Of a stretch of 9,796 bases of DNA, positions 1 to 6,864 are shown one piece after another. Source of the stretch: Vitrella brassicaformis CCMP3155 (taxonomy: Eukaryota; Protista; Chromerida); the NCBI GenBank assembly GCA_001179505.1, contig CDMY01000935.1:1-9796 (forward strand). The letters run 5' to 3'. The position numbers were made by a program, and so were the translations under genes. The notes below the pieces were generated by a model. That model saw nothing but the letters and a program-made list of their open reading frames with translations. It did not search any database and was not told where the DNA came from. How positions within the stretch are numbered: position 1 is the first letter of the stretch; each line of letters opens with the position of its first letter.

Positions 1-72
1 CTGGGACTTACCGCCCAGCAGATCCTCTATTCAGCTAACTACAGGAAAGGTCCTCACCGGCCTTTTCGCACA

Positions 73-132
73 CCCGTGAGCCCTCACCGCTCGCGTGTGG
101 CAGATCCAGGATCCCGTGAGCCCTCACCGCTC
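73..132 (+). repeat. Two exact 20-bp direct repeats CCCGTGAGCCCTCACCGCTC, period 40
   Basis: Copies at 73-92 and 113-132. Confidence 0.9.
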
Positions 133-803
133 ACGCTCCGCTGGGGGATCCTACGGTACCGGACGAAACGTCCTCAAACCTCCGATTTCACTGACTGGTT
201 CTTCTTGTTGACAGAACGAAAAGCGATGCGCGCTTCCGTGTGAACACAACGTAGCGAAATCTATCATGCATTGGCCCAGTCGTGCTGATTTGGGTTGACG
301 GCACCGTCAACTTTCGGTAGCTGGTTCTCGTGTTTCACCGAGCGCACAGCGATAGCCGCTTGCGTGAGGACAGAGCAAACGAAGGAGCACTCACACACAG
401 ACTTGCGCGTCGAACGCACCAGAAACCCGGGGGAAAACAGCCGAAAACCGATTTTCCGGGTTTTTGCCGCCGTTTTTCGCGCGAACGCGTGAACGGATTT
501 GAAGCTCGAAGCAAACTTGTTCCTCGCAGTGACCCCCTCCACACATATCCGAAGACAGATCTTGAAAAGACCCCCTAGAAAAAAAGTTGGTTCGTCGCCG
601 GAAAACTGGGACCTGATAACCACCCTTCAGCTCAGCTTTTGGGCTAGAGCAAGATTCGAAAAACTGATCTGAGCTGTCGTGTGCGTGATTGTTTGGTTGT
701 CACGTGGATGGACAAATCCCCCGTATCTCGGGCGGTATTGATTCATTCACGTGTGTCTCATTCGATCCATACCTCACACTCACCGACGCATCCATCTACC
801 CCT

Positions 804-874
804 TGCTGCAGGGTGACCAGAAAGGGGTATCTGAATCATTGATGAGAATCGTGACTGACTGATCCGATCCTCAC
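804..874 (+). repeat. 71-bp segment with an inverted copy at 9091-9161
   Basis: TGCTGCAGGGTGACCAG...GATCCGATCCTCAC versus the reverse complement of 9091-9161: 68/71 identical, three transitions (809, 815, 864). Confidence 0.96.
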
Positions 875-980
875 AGAGAAACGCTTCGCTAGAAAAGGGA
901 GGGAAGCGTACATCCCTCGTCCTCGCTGTGCTCTTCCTTTTGGTTTCACGGCGGAACAGAACGCGTTGTAGACAGAACGG

Positions 981-1158
981 GAAGCTCCGCCTATTCGGGG
1001 GAAGCTGAGCCTGTCGCGATTTTCACACCAGGACGTGCTTTGAAGCTGCGCCAGTCGATCCAAGGGCGCTGCTTCGAAGCTGAGCCCAGTGACGCACAGT
1101 GATTCGACGGTGCTTCGAAGCTGCGCCGTAGACAAGACCCAGGAACCCTAGACAAGAC
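981..1158 (+). repeat. Cluster of five GAAGCT(C/G)(C/A)GCC motifs plus two TAGACAAGAC repeats
   Basis: Motif copies at 981, 1001, 1042, 1076 and 1117. TAGACAAGAC at 1129-1138 and 1149-1158. Confidence 0.8.
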
Positions 1159-1300
1159 AGGGCGGAAGGAGAGAATCACCCCTTGGACCTCATCGCCAAT
1201 TGCCGACATTCAGTGTGCAGCAGTTGTTTCATTCGTTTTTCATCGTTTCGACCTCCCTGTGTTGATTTCCATCGTCAGCACAGGCAGATTCCAGACCAGC

Positions 1301-1619
1301 TGTTGTAAGCAGCTAGGTGTGTGCATCGTGTGTCACCAGTGACATCGTGTGTTCGTGCGTTCGTTCGTCGTTCGTCGTCCGATCGTTCGTTCATTCGTTT
1401 GTTGTGCCCGTCCGTGTGACAGACAGTCAGTCGTTGACAAGAGCAGTCCCCCGTGTGTGCGAACAGAGATAGCTTGAGCCTTCAGTAACAGCAACCTTCA
1501 CACACCCGATCAAACACTCACTCTCACTCACCAGCAACACTTCATCCAGTATCCTCGAGCTTTGTGCTATTACTCATAGCACATCGGACACAGACACCGC
1601 GAGAAAGAAAGCGGCAACA
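1301..1619 (+). repeat. Putative 5' LTR (TGTTG...CAACA)
   Basis: Ends in CAACA 4 nt before a TGG-initiated PBS. TGTTG at 1301 is the complementary 5-bp terminus, but TGTTG also occurs at 1260 and 1400 and there is no second LTR copy to confirm the start. Confidence 0.45.
1351..1400 (+). repeat. Degenerate TCGT/TTCG low-complexity tract inside the putative LTR
   Basis: gttcgtgcgttcgttcgtcgttcgtcgtccgatcgttcgttcattcgttt. Confidence 0.75.
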
Positions 1620-1623
1620 TTTC

Positions 1624-1641
1624 TGGTGCATCTGCCGTGAA
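1624..1641 (+). promoter_or_regulatory. Primer binding site, probably tRNA-Gly
   Basis: TGGTGCATCTGCCGTGAA lies between CAACA and the gag ATG. It matches 16/18 to TGGTGCATCGGCCGGGAA, the reverse complement of a typical eukaryotic tRNA-Gly(GCC) 3' end as recalled from memory. Confidence 0.7.
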
Positions 1642-1663
1642 AGCTCGAGCTTGAGAGGCCAGG

Positions 1664-2980
1664 ATGAAGCTCAGGAGTGGGACAAAGACGGCCCTTCATG
1701 CGAAGGGGATGGCCACCAAGGCCGCCGTGAAGGAAAAGGCCAAGAAACACCACCCGGGAGGGAGAGCACTGCTGCGCAAAATGCGTGACGACAGGCGGAG
1801 GGCCATGAAGAATGCTGGAAGCACGGCTGGCGTAGCAGCCGTACAGCTCTCAGCCGCTCATCAGGAGGATGAGCCACAAGAGATTGATGTGAGTCAGTCA
1901 CTCACGCAATCACCGGCCAGGACACCGAGCGCCATTACGCTCGATGACCTGAAGCAACTGACTGATGTGCAGAGGCCGAAGGTGAGCTTGCCGAAGTTCG
2001 ACGGTGTGTCTGGCACATCGGTAGAGACATTCATTCAAGCCATCAGGGTCGCAGAGGACATGCATGGACAGACACAGGGCAGTATTCTACCGCATGTCAT
2101 ATATCACTTAGAAGGCCCTGCACATACAAAGGCCATTCGAAGAATGACCGAGATTCACAAGGAAGCCAGCAACAGCGCGAAGCTTGGACACTTGCTGCTT
2201 TTCCTAAAGGACGAGTACGGGCAAAAGCAGTCACAGACGCTCGCTATAGCTCAACAGATGAAATCATGGAAGCAGAGACCCGAACAGACATTCCAGGAAG
2301 CATTCGCTGAGTTCAATGACATGTACGATAAGTCTGACAAACCCGAGCCTGAGGCGGTCGAGCTCTTCATTGATGGTCTTCTACCTGAAGTGAGAGACGA
2401 AATATACCGCAAAGACAGCAACCCCCGCACATTCAGGGCTGTCAAAGACCTCGGCCTGAATGCTGAGGTGTGGCTGCTTCGTACCGGCAGACGCAAGAGA
2501 GACACCAACGAGGATGAAGAGAGCGAGGCTGAAAGAACGAGGCCATCCAAAAGCGCTCGGTTTGAAATCGACGCAATCGAGAGACAACCTACAAAAGACA
2601 CTCCGGGCAAGGATGGGAAGGAGGACGCCCTGGCCTCCATTGCCGCCTCTGTCATCAATGCCGTCAAAGCAGAGCTAACTGAGGTCAAGGCAGATCTCAA
2701 GGGCCAGCTTGATGCCTCAAACAAGCCTGCGAAACAAGGAAAGTATGTGACACCGACATTAAACCGAAAGACCGATCAGTGGACGGGAAGGTTCCCAGGC
2801 GATCAGTGGACGGGAAGGTTCCTAGGCAGGTGCCTCTACTGTGGCTTCCCTGGGCACAGATGGTCTCATTGTAGACGACGACCGAAAGATTGGACTCCCT
2901 ACCCAGAAAAGATGAGAGGAACGGTGCTGACAGGGACAAACACCGTTCGAACCAGAGCTCCGCGGCTGGGAAACGGATGA
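1664..2980 (+). CDS. gag: Gag polyprotein (capsid plus CCHC zinc knuckle), 438 aa
   Basis: Ty3/Gypsy capsid-type motifs LPKFDG, HLEGPA, WKQRPEQTF and LFIDGLLPEVR. CX2CX4HX4C knuckle CLYCGFPGHRWSHC at 2831-2872. ATG is 22 nt after the PBS. Confidence 0.92.
   Translation: MKLRSGTKTALHAKGMATKAAVKEKAKKHHPGGRALLRKMRDDRRRAMKNAGSTAGVAAVQLSAAHQEDEPQEIDVSQSLTQSPARTPSAITLDDLKQLTDVQRPKVSLPKFDGVSGTSVETFIQAIRVAEDMHGQTQGSILPHVIYHLEGPAHTKAIRRMTEIHKEASNSAKLGHLLLFLKDEYGQKQSQTLAIAQQMKSWKQRPEQTFQEAFAEFNDMYDKSDKPEPEAVELFIDGLLPEVRDEIYRKDSNPRTFRAVKDLGLNAEVWLLRTGRRKRDTNEDEESEAERTRPSKSARFEIDAIERQPTKDTPGKDGKEDALASIAASVINAVKAELTEVKADLKGQLDASNKPAKQGKYVTPTLNRKTDQWTGRFPGDQWTGRFLGRCLYCGFPGHRWSHCRRRPKDWTPYPEKMRGTVLTGTNTVRTRAPRLGNG
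2774..2827 (+). repeat. In-frame 27-bp tandem duplication in gag (DQWTGRFPG / DQWTGRFLG)
   Basis: Units 2774-2800 and 2801-2827 differ at one base. Confidence 0.95.
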
Positions 2981-4857
2981 GTCCTCCGTTGCAGGGCGGG
3001 CGAGAGGACACAAGACCAGCAATTGACGCCCTACATGCACAACCTTTGATGAACGACTCGGTCTTGAGAGAGCCACACGGAAAGGAGACACGTATGGCTG
3101 AAGCCCTGAATATACACGCACTTGAGACAAAGAGAGATCCCCATTCAGATCCAGTTGTTAGTGCTGATCATATGAGAGATACTTCTGACATGCAGGCTGA
3201 CCACAGGGTTATCCCGGCGGCTGGGCCAGGGGATTGTCCGGGAGACGCAGACAGATGCGGACCGGGCAAGACCTTGCAGTCCGGGTCGGAAGGTCCGAGA
3301 GTTGCATCGGCAAAGCGACAGTGCACCCCCCCCAACATGGCACGCCCTGATGCATCAGCGGACGAGTTTGAGCGAGTTGCATGTGATGGACAGGACTCGG
3401 GCCGTCAGTCTGAGCGAGTTGCATGTGATGGACAGGACTCTGGCATTCCGGTGGTTGGTAGGCACCCACCGAGGACAGCTGAGGAGAGGCTGGGGCTGGA
3501 TGCGGCCAGTTCCAGTCAAAACCGCAGGTACGGTAGGCGAGAGAAGGGGACGCCTTCTTCTTTGCTTGCCGTAACGTCACTGGGCCCACCAGTGGCGCCG
3601 AAGTGTGGCCAGAATGCATGTCAGCAAGTCAATGCAGTCTGTGGCCGAAGCATTATGGCTCCTACAGATCTGCCAGTTAAGGGTTCCGATTGTCCCTCTC
3701 GGGATTGCCGGCTGCATTGCGCTGCACCGAAGGACAATCGCAGGCATACCGAGCTTGTGCGAGGTGTGCGATGGCAAACGTTTGTGCCAATGAGAGTGAA
3801 TGGGCTATTTTGCGAAGTGCTTGTAGATACGGGCGCTGACCTGAGTGTAATCAGTAAGAAGATGATCGAAAAGCTGCGGGTAGAGGGCGACAGAAGCGTG
3901 ATAATGAAGCCAGCGTGTGTGAAGCTAAGCATGCTGCACCACGCCGAAGTAACCGTGAAGAATGTCGCAGGAGTCGCGCTATGGCCTGATGCAGAGACAG
4001 ATAAAGACAAATTACGCCTGCGCCCTCTTTTGATTGATTTCTGTGTGATCGATGGCCCCAAAGATGTACTTCTACCCGGAGGGAAGGCTCTACGTGAGCA
4101 AGGCGTCGTTGTGGATTCCCAGCTTGGTGAAGTCCGCATCACGTCACGACCAGAATGGCCATCGATCTCCATATGTGAGCCACATGCACGGACAGACGAT
4201 CATCTGAGAGTGACCGCGATCGGTGTGGCACGAATACCCGCAATGACAGACAAGGGCACTAGACTCAGTCAAGTCGTCGCGACTGCACGTACACCAATTC
4301 CCGCAGGCAGAGAGACATGGGTAACGGCTCGATTGAGTGGCAGCCAAGGCATGATAGGTGACATCGGGCGCGTTCTGGAGCATCCAGGACTCGCGCCCCA
4401 CAAAGGCGTCTGGCTGACAATAGAGAATCCAATCATAGAAGTGACGGCTGGTCGTCGCGTGCACGTGCGGATACGTAATGCGTCTCACAAAAGAGTAGTC
4501 TTATGGAAGTCACAGGTGCTGGGGCGATTCATCCCACTTGAGGACTTACACAACAGCACATACAGTGACCTGGCAGCATTGTCACTGACAAGCGATGACG
4601 TCCCCATGTTACCTGCTGAGATCGACCGAGAGCGGATTGACCACTTGATGGCCACTGCGCCCGAGACAGAAGAGATCCGTAATTTCCCTGACGCTGAAGG
4701 CATTGCACATGAAATACAGGTCGGCACTGGCCTGAACGAGCAACAGAATAAGCAAGCGGTCCGAGTGATCAAAGAGGCCCAAGAGACGGGCATGTTCTCC
4801 AGAAACAAGACTGACCTGGGTCACGTCGATCGCATGGTGTCCATCGAATTAATGTGA
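2890..4857 (+). CDS. pol: pol fragment 1: transframe spacer, retropepsin protease, dUTPase-like domain (entered by frameshift at ~2974, not from the ORF-track start)
   Basis: VLVDTGADLSVIS active-site motif with D at 3826-3828. Ends at IELM* where the RT N-terminus continues in the -1 frame. Confidence 0.85.
   Translation: MDSLPRKDERNGADRDKHRSNQSSAAGKRMSPPLQGGREDTRPAIDALHAQPLMNDSVLREPHGKETRMAEALNIHALETKRDPHSDPVVSADHMRDTSDMQADHRVIPAAGPGDCPGDADRCGPGKTLQSGSEGPRVASAKRQCTPPNMARPDASADEFERVACDGQDSGRQSERVACDGQDSGIPVVGRHPPRTAEERLGLDAASSSQNRRYGRREKGTPSSLLAVTSLGPPVAPKCGQNACQQVNAVCGRSIMAPTDLPVKGSDCPSRDCRLHCAAPKDNRRHTELVRGVRWQTFVPMRVNGLFCEVLVDTGADLSVISKKMIEKLRVEGDRSVIMKPACVKLSMLHHAEVTVKNVAGVALWPDAETDKDKLRLRPLLIDFCVIDGPKDVLLPGGKALREQGVVVDSQLGEVRITSRPEWPSISICEPHARTDDHLRVTAIGVARIPAMTDKGTRLSQVVATARTPIPAGRETWVTARLSGSQGMIGDIGRVLEHPGLAPHKGVWLTIENPIIEVTAGRRVHVRIRNASHKRVVLWKSQVLGRFIPLEDLHNSTYSDLAALSLTSDDVPMLPAEIDRERIDHLMATAPETEEIRNFPDAEGIAHEIQVGTGLNEQQNKQAVRVIKEAQETGMFSRNKTDLGHVDRMVSIELM
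2968..3032 (+). promoter_or_regulatory. Programmed -1 ribosomal frameshift signal (G GGA AAC plus predicted H-type pseudoknot)
   Basis: Slippery heptamer 2968-2974 is correctly phased in the gag frame and pol is in the -1 frame. A 6-nt spacer is followed by stem 1 GTCCTC 2981-2986 / GAGGAC 3004-3009 and stem 2 AGGGCG 2993-2998 / CGCCCT 3027-3032. Confidence 0.78.
3369..3440 (+). repeat. Exact 30-bp direct repeat, period 42, in the pol transframe region (ERVACDGQDSG twice)
   Basis: Copies at 3369-3398 and 3411-3440. Confidence 0.95.
3766..4140 (+). other. Retropepsin (A2-type) aspartic protease domain
   Basis: MRVNG...VLVDTGADLSVISKKMIEKL ... FCVID ... VLLPGGKALREQGVVVD follows the LTR-retrotransposon protease pattern. 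Confidence 0.88.
4273..4539 (+). other. dUTPase-like (probably inactive) domain between protease and RT
   Basis: Beta-rich pattern IPAGRETWV ... VHVRIRNASHKRVVLWKSQVLGRF resembles the trimeric dUTPase-fold remnants in some Gypsy Pol proteins. No catalytic motifs were recognised. Confidence 0.6.
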
Positions 4858-5603
4858 GCGGGAACCCGCCTTACATGAAGCCACGCAGGCTAGCACGAGC
4901 AGAAGAAGAGGCAGCGCATCAAATCGTCAGAGACCTGGAAGTCTCAGGAATCATCGAACCTGCAGACTCAGAATACAACGCAGCCATTGTCATGGTCAAG
5001 AAGAAAGATGGCACGTGGCGTCTCTGCGTGGACTATCGCTGGCTGAATGAAATAACAGAGAAGTCTCGCTACGCACCACCATTGATCGATCGATGCTTCG
5101 AATCCCTCCAGGGCATGTCGTGGTTTAGCACTCTTGACGCGACATCGGGCTTCTGGCAAGTCGAGGTCCATCCAGACGACAGACACAAGACGGCATTTTC
5201 CGTCAATGGACAGACACAAAAACAATGGGCTCGTATGCCGATGGGCCTATGCAACAGCGTAGCAACATTCCAGAGAGTCATGGACAAAGTGCTGAAGCGA
5301 GTGCTGTGGAAGAGTGCATTCGTGTATGTCGACGACATAGTGATCTTCTCGCGCACCTTCGAGGATCACTGCAAGCATGTCCTTGAGGTCTTCCGATTGC
5401 TGCAAAGAGCCAACATCAAAGTGAAGCCGAGCAAGTGTACCTTCGTTGCGCGGAAGATATCCATTCTTGGCTTCCTTATCTCCAGGAGGGCCGAAAAAGG
5501 TCGAAAAGATGATCAACATGGCCGAACCAACAGACAAAAAGGAGCTGCGAAGCATACTAGGCGTCTTCCAGTATTACAAACGCTTCGTGAAGGGCTATGC
5601 TGA
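4854..5603 (+). CDS. pol: pol fragment 2: reverse transcriptase (homology ends ~5490)
   Basis: VKKKDGTWRLCVDYRWLN, FSTLDATSGFWQV, KTAF, RMPMGLCNS, YVDD (5325-5336), KPSKC and ILGFLIS. Confidence 0.95.
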   Translation: MSGNPPYMKPRRLARAEEEAAHQIVRDLEVSGIIEPADSEYNAAIVMVKKKDGTWRLCVDYRWLNEITEKSRYAPPLIDRCFESLQGMSWFSTLDATSGFWQVEVHPDDRHKTAFSVNGQTQKQWARMPMGLCNSVATFQRVMDKVLKRVLWKSAFVYVDDIVIFSRTFEDHCKHVLEVFRLLQRANIKVKPSKCTFVARKISILGFLISRRAEKGRKDDQHGRTNRQKGAAKHTRRLPVLQTLREGLC

Positions 5604-6864
5604 CCTTGCCAGGGCAATCACTGACCTGACAAAGAAGGACTATCCCTTCACGTGGGGAGACACGGAAAGACAAGCCCTCCAAGCACTGAAGGAGAAGATG
5701 ATCAAAGCCCCTATACTGTTCTTACCTGACTTCAAGAAGCCCTTCCTGCTCAAGACAGACGCAAGTGATTACGCCATTGGCGCGATCCTCTGCCAGAAGG
5801 ATAGCGCAGAACAAGAGAAACCCATACATTACGCTAGCTCTGTTCTGGGGAGAACCGAGCGCAATTGGTCAGCCACGGAGCGAGAGGTTTACGCCATTTA
5901 CTATTTTGTGCGCCACTTCCGTCCGTACCTGTTTGGTCATCGATTTGAGTTAATCTCGGATCATCAAGCATTGTCCACGTTGAGAAAGGCGGGGGAAGGC
6001 GGCAATCGCAAGCTGCAGAGATGGTCACTGATGCTGCAGGACTATGATTTTGTCTTCCGTTATCGACCTGGCAAAAAGCACAGCGACGTAGACGCACTCT
6101 CAAGGCCACCTGGGCAGACGAACGTGCATGATAATTCTCCCACCTACCAGCTGGGAGCAGTCGAAGTCGAAGGCTTTGATGACAGTCCGCTGTTCCATCT
6201 CGACCAGATCATTGGGGCACAAGACAAATGCGATGAGACATCAAGTGTGAGGGTCTACCTGACGGCACAAGCAGAGAACAAGAGCAAGGAAGAGCTCGAG
6301 CAGCTACGAGGCATGATTCCCAAATCGTATCGATCACGGCTCGATCAGATTTGCTTACTTGATGGCATGGTGAGATTCGTGTCGAAGCACCAGGAATACG
6401 CACCGGTGCTCGTCGTGCCCATTTCTCTGCGCGAAGCAGCTATGCAGCTCCATCACTCACATCAGCTAGGCGGACACCTGGCAGTCGAGAGAGCCTACAA
6501 ACAAATGGCAAGGGAGTTTTACTGGCCAGGCATGTACGAGAGTCTTCGCAAATACACAGAGACATGTCAGGTGTGCCAGAGCAAGAGAAGCCTAAAGATG
6601 GCAGGGCGGCCTACAATCCAAACACCATCCGCAGAGAGACCATTCCAGAAGATCGCCATGGATTTCATCGGGCCATTCCAGCCCTCAGAGGACGGCAATC
6701 CAAGACTACTTTACCAAGTGGCCGGAGGTCGTGCCATTTCGCAGCGCACCAACAGCAGAAGAGACCGTGAGAGCGCTCATCGAGGCAGTCGTCACCCGAC
6801 ACGGACTGCCGGAAGAAGTCATCACCGACAACGGAAGCCACTTTGTCAACCAGCTGATGCGTGA
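5446..6864 (+). CDS. pol: pol fragment 3: RT thumb/connection, RNase H, integrase zinc-binding domain and first catalytic Asp (homology ~5491-6700)
   Basis: ELRSILGVFQYYKRFV, TDASDYAIGAIL, NWSATEREVYAI, SDHQAL, DALSR. HHCC (HHSHQLGGH ... CQVC) at 6451-6576. MDFIGP with D at 6661. Confidence 0.93.
   Translation: MRGRYPFLASLSPGGPKKVEKMINMAEPTDKKELRSILGVFQYYKRFVKGYADLARAITDLTKKDYPFTWGDTERQALQALKEKMIKAPILFLPDFKKPFLLKTDASDYAIGAILCQKDSAEQEKPIHYASSVLGRTERNWSATEREVYAIYYFVRHFRPYLFGHRFELISDHQALSTLRKAGEGGNRKLQRWSLMLQDYDFVFRYRPGKKHSDVDALSRPPGQTNVHDNSPTYQLGAVEVEGFDDSPLFHLDQIIGAQDKCDETSSVRVYLTAQAENKSKEELEQLRGMIPKSYRSRLDQICLLDGMVRFVSKHQEYAPVLVVPISLREAAMQLHHSHQLGGHLAVERAYKQMAREFYWPGMYESLRKYTETCQVCQSKRSLKMAGRPTIQTPSAERPFQKIAMDFIGPFQPSEDGNPRLLYQVAGGRAISQRTNSRRDRESAHRGSRHPTRTAGRSHHRQRKPLCQPADA

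Noticed and set aside
160-175. GGACGAAAC, the 3' half of a textbook hammerhead core
   Set aside because: No CTGANGA partner lies at a suitable position in any circular permutation.
895-905. AAGGGAGGGAA matches the reverse complement of 9162-9172, adjacent to the 71-bp repeat
   Set aside because: It is a low-complexity 11-mer and not collinear with the 71-bp alignment, so it does not extend the homology.
1035-1127. Palindromic repeat-spacer pattern superficially like a mini CRISPR array
   Set aside because: Repeats are about 17 bp, degenerate, irregularly spaced and only three. The context is eukaryotic and there are no cas genes.
264-1209. Short ORFs upstream of the element (264-623, 295-492, 330-578, 836-1135, 991-1209)
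   Set aside because: No motifs or protein-like composition, and they overlap repeat-rich non-coding structure.
2890-2967. ORF-track start of pol at 2890 as an independent initiation site
   Set aside because: The start codon there is TTG within gag, and the in-phase slippery site at 2968-2974 explains pol expression better.
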